The position numbers were made by a program, and so were the translations under genes. The notes beneath the pieces are model-generated. The model ran no database searches, was not told the DNA's origin, and saw only the letters and a list, made by a program, of their open reading frames with translations. From contig CAYYQL010000051.1 of assembly GCA_964473825.1 (NCBI GenBank), positions 1 to 15,617 on the forward strand: DNA of 15,617 nt. Direction: 5' to 3'. The stretch comes from an uncultured archaeon. GTDB taxonomy: Archaea; Asgardarchaeota; Thorarchaeia; Thorarchaeales; Thorarchaeaceae. This document shows, one piece after another, positions 1 to 7,386 of the stretch. Numbering within the stretch: position 1 is the first letter of the stretch; every line of letters starts with the position of its first letter.

Positions 1-167
1 GACGGATGAGGTCACTCAATCTGTCAGAAATGGTTCATTATCTAGAAGATAAGATGGGATCACAAGATAGTACCGAATTTGAGATTGTCTTGGAAGTAAA
101 GACTGTAGATGAATGCAAGAAAAATGAGATCAACACTGTCCAATTTGAGACCATACTTCCTGAATAG
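1..167 (+). CDS. 3' end of an unknown protein, truncated by the window edge
   Basis: Frame 3 is open from the window edge to TAG at 165-167 (RMRSLNLSEMVHYLEDKMGSQDSTEFEIVLEVKTVDECKKNEINTVQFETILPE*). The composition is acidic and protein-like. It is absent from the ORF track and overlaps the - strand ORF 60-317. Confidence 0.5.
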   Translation, partial: RMRSLNLSEMVHYLEDKMGSQDSTEFEIVLEVKTVDECKKNEINTVQFETILPE

Positions 168-317
168 GGCATCGTTTATCTGTTCGTATCTATCGAGCGT
201 CTTTGGACTCATCGCCCTCTTTGAACGACGTTTGCAGAAGTTTTTGAATGCCTGCATGACATCTTTAGGAGAACTATTGGTCGTTACAGAGTTACTGCGG
301 CCCTTCATTCCGCGCAC
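60..317 (-). CDS. Small hypothetical protein, weakly resembling the N-terminal SAM-like domain of tyrosine recombinases
   Basis: 85-aa ORF divergent from pncB, with AGGAG upstream of GTG317/ATG308. The segment AFKNFCKRRSKRAMSPKTLDRYEQI recalls the integrase N-terminal 'F..F....R..S..T...Y' pattern. It overlaps the + strand ORF ending at 167 by 108 nt. Confidence 0.3.
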   Translation of the reverse strand: MRGMKGRSNSVTTNSSPKDVMQAFKNFCKRRSKRAMSPKTLDRYEQINDALFRKYGLKLDSVDLIFLAFIYSLYFQDNLKFGTIL

Positions 318-383
318 TCTCCTAACAGGATTTCACTAAAATCATTCTGTTTATTCTCACGTAGCTGTATCGCGTGTATATTG

Positions 384-391
384 TTTTTATG
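384..391 (+). promoter_or_regulatory. Putative TATA box of the pncB-pncA-methyltransferase unit
   Basis: TTTTTATG ~35 nt upstream of ATG426 in an AT-rich intergenic stretch. Confidence 0.35.
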
Positions 392-425
392 GGAGTCTTG
401 GCTTGTTCTACACAGGTGGTTCATC

Positions 426-1622
426 ATGAAGAGGAGATGGCGAATCGCAACAGATGACGAGATACTTGCAGGCAAGACCACTGACATCTACTTCGACCGT
501 ACAGTTGAGGTCCTGAAGGCAGAAAACATCAACCCCGTAGTTCACGCCGAGGTCACGGTTTCAGGAATGCCCAGGAACTTGGAGTGGGGCATCGTAGCCG
601 GCATCGACGATCTTCTCAAGCTATTCGAGGGAAGGGAAGTTGATATTCTTGGACTGCCTGAAGGAACGCTCTTTCATCCACGTGGAAGCCATTCGGTACG
701 CACCCCGGTCATAGCAATAGAGGGTCGCTATCAAGAATTCGCCGCACTAGAAACTCCAATGCTAGGTTTCATCTGCCATTCATCAGGAATGGCCTCCAAG
801 ACGGCTCACCTCAGACGAGCGGCAAAAGACAAGACACTCCTCTCATTCGGAGCCCGAAGAACACATCCTGCTATCACGCCACAGGTCTCCTATGCTGCGT
901 ATATCGGCGGATGTGATGGCGTATCATGTGTGTTGGGCGGAGAGCTCCTTGGCATTGAGGCGCAGGGTACGATGCCTCACGCACTGATCATCGCCTTTCA
1001 GGACCACGTGAAAGCGTGGAACGCCTTCAGCAGAAACCTTCCGAAGAGTGTACCCAGAATAGCTCTCACAGACACATATCTCGACGAAGTGAAGGAATCT
1101 GTTCTAGCAGCAGCTGAAATGGAAGGAATTGACGGTGTCAGACTGGACACACCGAGTAGTCGCAAAGGGGACTTCAAAGAGATCATCGAAGAGGTTCGAT
1201 GGGAGCTGGATGCAAGAGGCTTCAACGATGTCGCGATATTCGTGAGCGGCGGATTGGACGAAGAGGCCATTCGTTGGTTGAATGACTCGCCAGTCAACGG
1301 ATATGGTGTCGGGGGAGCCATCAGCAATTCACCTGCAGTGGACTTTGCCATGGATATAGTTTCAATCAGAAACGGTGAGAGATGGGTCCCGTGTGCGAAG
1401 AGAGGAAAGTTCTCAGGCAGAAAGTTCGCCTGGCAATGTCCAGACTGCATGCAGACGGAGGTAACGCTACGTGACGCAAATCAACCCGACTGCCCAGAGT
1501 GTGGGAAACGCATGAGGCAGACGACACAGACCCTTATGAAACAGGGGAAGATTTTGCAGGAGCCGAAGCCTGTAAAAGAGCTCAGGGAAAAAGTTATCCA
1601 GCAGATAACTATAATGAAGTGA
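426..1622 (+). CDS. pncB: Nicotinate phosphoribosyltransferase, archaeal type with C-terminal zinc ribbon
   Basis: Motifs TTDIYF, SFGARR, GTMPHAL (phospho-His site), VRLDTPSSR, SGGLD, GVG and KRGKFSGRK, plus C-terminal CPDC...CPEC. ATG426, preceded by GGTGG, is preferred over the track start at 381. Confidence 0.95.
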   Translation: MKRRWRIATDDEILAGKTTDIYFDRTVEVLKAENINPVVHAEVTVSGMPRNLEWGIVAGIDDLLKLFEGREVDILGLPEGTLFHPRGSHSVRTPVIAIEGRYQEFAALETPMLGFICHSSGMASKTAHLRRAAKDKTLLSFGARRTHPAITPQVSYAAYIGGCDGVSCVLGGELLGIEAQGTMPHALIIAFQDHVKAWNAFSRNLPKSVPRIALTDTYLDEVKESVLAAAEMEGIDGVRLDTPSSRKGDFKEIIEEVRWELDARGFNDVAIFVSGGLDEEAIRWLNDSPVNGYGVGGAISNSPAVDFAMDIVSIRNGERWVPCAKRGKFSGRKFAWQCPDCMQTEVTLRDANQPDCPECGKRMRQTTQTLMKQGKILQEPKPVKELREKVIQQITIMK

Positions 1623-1625
1623 CAG

Positions 1626-2189
1626 ATGATGAAGCTGAAAGCAGATGAGACGGCAGTAATAGTTGTAGATATGCTCAACGACTTCGTGAGAGAAGACGGA
1701 GCACTGGTAGTTCCGGGTGCAATGAAACTCATTCCGAATCAGCAGAAGATACTGGATGCAGCCCGTAAGAAAGGGGTGAAGGTCATCTATCTGACAGACA
1801 ATCATCTCCCAGATGATGACGAGTTCGAGAAATGGCCCCCACATGCAGTAGTCGGAACAGAGGGCTCTCGGGTCATCGATGATCTCGAACCTCAGGATGG
1901 CGACCGGGTGATTCCCAAGAGAAGATACTCGGGGTTTTTCGGTACAGATCTTGACATAACGCTCCGAGAGGCAGACATCCGGACCATCGTTCTGATAGGA
2001 GTGCTGACAGACATCTGTGTCATGTACACAAGCGCTGATGCATCAGCCAAGGATTACAATGTGGTGGCTGTGGAGGATGCCACGGACAGCTCTAAGAGCG
2101 AGAATCACGAGTTTGCAATCCAACACATGAAGACAGTGCATGGGACAACCATTGCCACCACAGAGGAAGTTGTTGCGGCATTCAAGTAA
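1626..2189 (+). CDS. pncA: Nicotinamidase / isochorismatase-family cysteine hydrolase
   Basis: VVDMLNDF (catalytic Asp), DNH..DDEF..WPPHAV.GT.G (metal-binding lid), KRRYSGF (Lys), GVLTDICV (Cys). It lies directly after pncB. Confidence 0.85.
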   Translation: MMKLKADETAVIVVDMLNDFVREDGALVVPGAMKLIPNQQKILDAARKKGVKVIYLTDNHLPDDDEFEKWPPHAVVGTEGSRVIDDLEPQDGDRVIPKRRYSGFFGTDLDITLREADIRTIVLIGVLTDICVMYTSADASAKDYNVVAVEDATDSSKSENHEFAIQHMKTVHGTTIATTEEVVAAFK

Positions 2190-2192
2190 GCG

Positions 2193-2873
2193 ATGGGAGT
2201 TGCAGATATGAACGACCACACCCCACTCCAGGATACGAAGAGACCAGACCTCATGAAGGCGGTTCAGTACATCGAGGATATCTACCGAGAGAAGAGCAGT
2301 CCGAGCCTTGACGACTTCATCCGGATGTCAGAATACGAGGACTTTGACCCGTTGATTGAAGATGACATCGCACGCCTGTTTCGACTATTGGTCACCTTGA
2401 CCAGACCTAAGAAGATACTTGAGATTGGGACCAGTATAGGATTCTCAACCACAGTACTCGCAAAGGCCGCAAGAAAATGGGGAGGGCATGTCATCTCCCT
2501 TGAAATCGATGCGGAAGTTGCGAAAAACGCCATCAAGAACTTCAAGAGAGAAGGCGTGAAAGACGCAATCGATATCGTAATCGGCGACGCAACACAGACC
2601 GTAAGAGAATTTGAGGACGAGAGTTTCGACATCGTTTTTCAAGACTCATCAAAGCGTATGTATCCGGTCATGCTCGAGGAGTGCTTAAGAGTACTCAAAC
2701 CGGGAGGGCTCTTCTTGGTCGACGACACCCTGTTCCCCGTCATTGTTCCAGAGGATGAATGGAGTGATTCTGACAGAGCCATACACCGTTTTAACAAGGC
2801 GCTTCTTGAGCACGGCCTTGTAAGCACAATCCTCCCAATCGGCGAGGGCTGCACTATTGCCGTGAAAGAGTAA
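2193..2873 (+). CDS. SAM-dependent O-methyltransferase (CCoAOMT / Methyltransf_3-like)
   Basis: ILEIGTSIGFS (motif I), SLEID, GDA, FDIVFQD, LKPGGLFLVDD. An alternative start is ATG2208. Confidence 0.88.
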   Translation: MGVADMNDHTPLQDTKRPDLMKAVQYIEDIYREKSSPSLDDFIRMSEYEDFDPLIEDDIARLFRLLVTLTRPKKILEIGTSIGFSTTVLAKAARKWGGHVISLEIDAEVAKNAIKNFKREGVKDAIDIVIGDATQTVREFEDESFDIVFQDSSKRMYPVMLEECLRVLKPGGLFLVDDTLFPVIVPEDEWSDSDRAIHRFNKALLEHGLVSTILPIGEGCTIAVKE

Positions 2874-2887
2874 GAAGGGGTTAGAGG

Positions 2888-3562
2888 TCATGACTCTGGC
2901 TTTCTGGCTACCGTCCAGATGAAGCCTCGCAGGTCATCTTTCTTGAGAAGGATTTCGTCCTCGCCAAATGAATGAAGAGTCCACTCGCTGAGAAGATGCT
3001 CTAGCTCGTCGCGCGTTATGAATCTGATCGGAGGGTCTGTTTCAAAATGTGGCGGTATGTTCCCGGAATAGGCAAAGAAGCCTCCGGGTTCGATTGCATC
3101 CAGAATCTCTTTTGTCCTCGGTATCGCCCTATCGAAGAGGTATTGCAGACATTGTAGAGCGATGATGACATCATATTCTCCTTTCGGTATTCTCCATCCG
3201 TCAATATTCTCAACCCGCGCAGTGACCCCATCTTCTAGTCCCAATGCCCTCGCTCGCAGTTTTGTCACCTCGACTGCCACCTCAAGAGCATCAACAGCTT
3301 CCACTGTGGCACCAAGCTTAGCAAGGTAGCAGGCGACAGAACCGTCACCTGATGCTAACTCAAGAATATTCATGTCTGATACGTCGACCTCTGCCACCTT
3401 GAATGCACGTTCTAGTTCTCTTGGGACTCGCGAGATGTCAAGGTCGCGCAGCTCATCATCCGAGTGCTCGAGTAGCTCCTTGTAGATCTTGCTCCATCCT
3501 GCCATCCATTGTTTGGGAGCTGGAACAACAGGTGTGTTCTTCTCTTCCATAGGCACACACAA
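2888..3562 (-). CDS. Class I SAM-dependent methyltransferase (TehB-like)
   Basis: ILELASGDGSVACYLAKLG, VEAVD, YDVII and IEPGG motifs. The start may be ATG3550 (MEEKN). Confidence 0.85.
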   Translation of the reverse strand: MCVPMEEKNTPVVPAPKQWMAGWSKIYKELLEHSDDELRDLDISRVPRELERAFKVAEVDVSDMNILELASGDGSVACYLAKLGATVEAVDALEVAVEVTKLRARALGLEDGVTARVENIDGWRIPKGEYDVIIALQCLQYLFDRAIPRTKEILDAIEPGGFFAYSGNIPPHFETDPPIRFITRDELEHLLSEWTLHSFGEDEILLKKDDLRGFIWTVARKPES

Positions 3563-3816
3563 GATACGCAGCTCGAGTTGATGGTTTAAGCAAATCGGTC
3601 AAGTCGCTTTCTCATTTGCTAGAGATGCCATACTATGAAGCATTAACCAGCGGACGGGGGGCAACACTTGGCAAGTGCTGCAGTCTTCTGTGTGACTGTT
3701 AGAGAATAGATTATGATACAATGGGTCAAATGGACCAACAAAGCTCCTGTAAGCATCTAATATGCAGGTTGCATTAGCTTTATGTCGAGGTCTAGCAAAC
3801 CGAATGATGACCAAAA

Positions 3817-4248
3817 ATGAACGATAAAGAGGAACAGCTGGTCTACCTGATTCAGGAGAGAGATGTAAGCTCTGTCCAGGTTCTTAGCGAACGACTGAAG
3901 CTGAACGAAGATGAAGTTGTTTCCCTAATCAAGAGGCTCCAAGATACCGATCAACTACGGGGGACCCTTACCCCTGATCATCAGCGGTTCTTCAAATCCG
4001 ATGCCAGAACATCTGCTGCACCATCCGTCCCAAGAGAAGAGAAGCCACCGGACTTCCTGCAGTTCAATCCGAGACCCGGCCAATTTGTCGCAATACTAGG
4101 CTTTGCCATTCTGGCTACCGGCGTTGGGATTATGTTCTCTGCAGGTGCCAATCTCGAACAAGAGAACCTCGGTACGGTCATAATGCTCTTCGGAACAGCT
4201 ATCATGCTGAGCGGATGCTTCTACCTCGGGCGCAGAAAGACACCATAG
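3817..4248 (+). CDS. Membrane protein with N-terminal PCI/DDRGK-like winged helix, Pro-rich linker and two C-terminal TM helices
   Basis: aa 5-60 follow a winged-helix pattern (LIQERDVSSVQVLSERLKLNEDEVVSLIKRLQDTDQLRGTL). Two hydrophobic segments follow (FVAILGFAILATGVGIMF; LGTVIMLFGTAIMLSGCFYLG), then a basic tail RRKTP. TTTATG lies ~35 nt upstream. Confidence 0.75.
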   Translation: MNDKEEQLVYLIQERDVSSVQVLSERLKLNEDEVVSLIKRLQDTDQLRGTLTPDHQRFFKSDARTSAAPSVPREEKPPDFLQFNPRPGQFVAILGFAILATGVGIMFSAGANLEQENLGTVIMLFGTAIMLSGCFYLGRRKTP

Positions 4249-4310
4249 GGACTACCCAACAGTATTCCTTAAGTATCGTAACCTTGCCAGCAGGCAAAGG
4301 CGAAATAGCG

Positions 4311-5261
4311 GTGCAGGAAATACTCATAGAAATCATCCCAATAGTGATATTCGCTGTTGCTGTAGGAACGATAAGCGCTATGGTCGGAATTGGTGGAGGA
4401 ATCATCAACACACCGCTCCTCATCATCGTCTTCGCATTGACAGGGCAGAAAGCACCGGCGACAGCGCTCGTAGCGGCACTCTTCGTCGCGATTGCCAGTA
4501 CAGCAGCCTATAGCAGACAAAAACCAAGACCAATCGTTCTGAAAGCCGGTCTCTTCTTGGCGCTCACTACAATTCCTGGATCGCTCTTTGGTGTGGCTCT
4601 CCGCGAGCTAATAACTGAGGACTATGTTCTGCGATTGATTTTCGGCATCTCACTCTTCCCTGTGGCTATCAAGATGCTCTTTGCAAGAAAGAGGGAGAAG
4701 GCTGATGATGTTTCGCTTTTCGATTTCAGTGATGTCAGCAGAAATAGACTCCTGCTTTCGCTCCTAGGCGGGTTCGTTGGCGGAGCGGCCGCTGGTCTTC
4801 TAGGCATCGGTGGCGGTGCTGTGGTAGTGCCCGTACTCACAATTCTCATGGGACTGCCAATCCATGCCGCTGTAGCGACCTCAATGTTCACAATGATATT
4901 TACTGCATCGGCAGGCACAGCTAGAAACTATGTAGGAGGGCACATCGACCCGTTTCTCGCCATCGCCTTGGGGATTGGGATGATTGTTGGGGCGCAGATT
5001 GGAGCGCGTCTGGCATGCAAGGTAAACGCAGTGGAACTGAAACGCATCTTTGGTCTGGTACTCGTGTTTCCATTGGTCAAGATGATGAAGCTCGGGCAGA
5101 TTTGGCTGGACCCTCTTGATACGAACTTCCTCCTTGCAACTATTGGTGACATCATCATCTGGCTCGCCATCGTGATACCTGTCGGAATCATACGATTCGT
5201 CTTGATGAATCGGGAACAGAACGGCCTGATAGCAGAGGAATGCGAGCCGGCGACGGCCTAA
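4311..5261 (+). CDS. Sulfite exporter TauE/SafE (TSUP) family membrane protein
   Basis: Two repeats of the signature (MVGIGGG..NTP and LLGIGGG..VP, followed by AVATS) with ~9 TM segments. GTG4311 is preferred because the track start at 4215 overlaps the upstream gene and TTAAGTA at 4269-4275 sits at TATA distance. Confidence 0.92.
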   Translation: MQEILIEIIPIVIFAVAVGTISAMVGIGGGIINTPLLIIVFALTGQKAPATALVAALFVAIASTAAYSRQKPRPIVLKAGLFLALTTIPGSLFGVALRELITEDYVLRLIFGISLFPVAIKMLFARKREKADDVSLFDFSDVSRNRLLLSLLGGFVGGAAAGLLGIGGGAVVVPVLTILMGLPIHAAVATSMFTMIFTASAGTARNYVGGHIDPFLAIALGIGMIVGAQIGARLACKVNAVELKRIFGLVLVFPLVKMMKLGQIWLDPLDTNFLLATIGDIIIWLAIVIPVGIIRFVLMNREQNGLIAEECEPATA

Positions 5262-5381
5262 TCTCCACGATAGTCTTGGAGCAATCCCGCAAACATCTAT
5301 CGACTTGGAACGAACACCTTTTCTTGTCAGAAAGCTACAGCTAATCAAGTGCGGATACTGCCACACCTTGGAGGTCATTGA

Positions 5382-6059
5382 GTGAATGATAGAATGAGCC
5401 AGGAAGACAGACCTTCTGTGAAATGCATATTCTGTGGAAGACCTCTAACGAGGGATGAGATGGTCCGATATCGTGGTGCTATAGCCTGCCGTGAATGCGC
5501 TGACGCAGCCAAGTCAGAACAAGAGAGGTTTACAAGCCCAGCATTCTTCATCTTTGGCGGTATAGGCGCACTGATAGCAGGGATAGGAAGCTTTGGTTAC
5601 ATCCTGGCCCGCCTGTTCCCCCTTCCTCAGTGGATTGTTAGCGGCTTTGGTCTCATATCGGTAGGTCTCGCCTTTATTGCCATTGGCAATCTCGGACTTT
5701 ACTTCAACTGGGATAGAAAGTGGGGATTGGTCTTGTCAGCACTCGCGATAGGAGGATGCTTCGGAGGGCTATCATTTCTTCAGAACTACGTCACTCTTGG
5801 TTTAGCAATACACTTGGAGGAAGTACCTGCAGTCTACAATATTTCCCTCTATGTTTTCGAAGGAGGACTCTATATCATGCTGGCCGTAGATGGTGCATTG
5901 ATGGTGCTCACGAGGGATGACCACGGAATTGAAATACTCACGCTGGCCACTGCAGCAGCGATGCTACTGGCCTCAGCTATCTACTATCTGCTCGTTCCGG
6001 CCTTCACCCTGCTGTCGATATATTTCCTCACAGCAAGAACAGATACGATTGCAACGTAG
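5382..6059 (+). CDS. Hypothetical membrane protein with N-terminal C4 zinc finger and ~5-6 TM helices
   Basis: CIFC-x17-CREC followed by several hydrophobic helices. GGAGG at 5370-5374 precedes GTG5382. Confidence 0.8.
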   Translation: MNDRMSQEDRPSVKCIFCGRPLTRDEMVRYRGAIACRECADAAKSEQERFTSPAFFIFGGIGALIAGIGSFGYILARLFPLPQWIVSGFGLISVGLAFIAIGNLGLYFNWDRKWGLVLSALAIGGCFGGLSFLQNYVTLGLAIHLEEVPAVYNISLYVFEGGLYIMLAVDGALMVLTRDDHGIEILTLATAAAMLLASAIYYLLVPAFTLLSIYFLTARTDTIAT

Positions 6060-6066
6060 TACTACT

Positions 6067-6083
6067 CATGGCTTGAAGCCATG
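6067..6083. repeat. Inverted repeat CATGGCTT-G-AAGCCATG between the Zn-finger gene and the radical SAM gene
   Basis: Perfect 8-bp arms with a 1-nt spacer, read directly from the sequence. Function unknown. Confidence 0.8.
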
Positions 6084-6150
6084 CGTCACAAGCCATATCA
6101 GATGCTGACGACAAAATGATGTGACCCGATTCTGAGGCAGTGGAAGGAAA

Positions 6151-7374
6151 TTGAAATACGAATGCATCCGAGCCAAGTCTATCCTCTCCAAGCCCAGTGT
6201 ATATGACAGCTGGTTTCATGTCACAAGGTCGATGAATGCATACCGTGGCTGTGAATTCGGTTGTATCTACTGTGACGGGATGTCTGAGGGCTACCACGTT
6301 GATGACTTTCTTACCCATGTCAGAGTCAAGACGAATGCACATGAGGTAGTAAGACAGGAGCTCGAAAGAGACGGCTTCATCTCCGAGAGCTCGATGCAAA
6401 CGGAGACTCTAATCCCCTTCTTGGACGACGATGATGCCCAGAAGCTGAAACGGAAACACCCCGTCAAGTACTGTATTGGTGTATCTGGAGGGGTGTCAGA
6501 TGCTTATCAACAGGCAGAGGAGCAGCACAAGGTAACGCGCAATGTGCTCAAGGTTCTACTTGATTTCGGAATGCCTGTGTTCATCCTTACAAAATCAACA
6601 CTCGTGCTTCGTGACCTTGACATTCTTCAGAAAATCAATGAAAGAGCGTTTGCCACAGTTGCCTTCACGATAACGCTGAATGATGAGAATGTCAAGAAGA
6701 TCTTTGAACCAAAGTCACCGACTACTGCGGAACGCTTTGAAGCGCTGAAGCAGGTCAAGGACGTGGGCCTGAAAGGCGGCGTCATGGCCATGCCCCTCGT
6801 CCCCGGCCTAGGTGACACAATGGAGAATATGACTGCACTGGCTAGAAGCACGAAGAAAGCAGGGGGCGATTTCATACAATGGGCAGGGATGACACTGAAA
6901 CCAGGACGTCAGAAGGACTATTTCATGAGAATCATTCACCGAAGATATCCGGACCACTACCCCATGATTCAGAGAATATACCAGAACGATGACCATTACG
7001 GAGAACCTGCTTACAAGCTCCTGCCCTGCAACGTCTATAAACGTGGAAACAAAATCTGCAAAGAGGTTGGCATTCCAGATCGTATGCCAAGACAAACCCC
7101 GCCAGGATATCATCCTATCAATACCCGAATTGTGCAGGTACTGCATGACATATCGTTCTACCGAAGATTTCGAGATGGTGATTCTTGGTATAGAGTAAAA
7201 CCGCTAATGGAAGCAGCAGCAAAGATAATGACTCAAAGAAGGAATCTCAACGAGCTCAGCACTCCTGAAGAGATTCGAATCCTTCTTGATGCCCCACTGG
7301 ATGTCGCAGAAATGATAGCCGAGGTAATAGAGACCGGAACATCGGAATCTCTTGAGGCTCTTCAGGCAGTCTAG
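6151..7374 (+). CDS. Radical SAM protein of the SplB/Rv2578c-like (COG1533) group, with a C-terminal PolX N-terminal-like (HHH_8) helical domain
   Basis: KSIL, MNAYRGCEFGCIYC (CxxxCxxC), VSDAYQ.AE, ILTKS.LVLRDLD.L, FEP, RFEAL, MPLVPGL.D. The C-terminal ~80 aa follow the N..I...L........R......AA..I...A..I.E...TG....LE.L pattern. TTG start after GGAAGG. Confidence 0.9.
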   Translation: MKYECIRAKSILSKPSVYDSWFHVTRSMNAYRGCEFGCIYCDGMSEGYHVDDFLTHVRVKTNAHEVVRQELERDGFISESSMQTETLIPFLDDDDAQKLKRKHPVKYCIGVSGGVSDAYQQAEEQHKVTRNVLKVLLDFGMPVFILTKSTLVLRDLDILQKINERAFATVAFTITLNDENVKKIFEPKSPTTAERFEALKQVKDVGLKGGVMAMPLVPGLGDTMENMTALARSTKKAGGDFIQWAGMTLKPGRQKDYFMRIIHRRYPDHYPMIQRIYQNDDHYGEPAYKLLPCNVYKRGNKICKEVGIPDRMPRQTPPGYHPINTRIVQVLHDISFYRRFRDGDSWYRVKPLMEAAAKIMTQRRNLNELSTPEEIRILLDAPLDVAEMIAEVIETGTSESLEALQAV

Positions 7375-7386
7375 CTCAAGAGATGA

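Noticed and set aside
381-425. Longer N-termini given by the ORF track (pncB 381, tauE 4215, ferredoxin 11021, MFS 12417)
   Set aside because: They run through TATA-like or RBS-like elements or overlap neighbouring genes, and family resemblance begins at the downstream starts.
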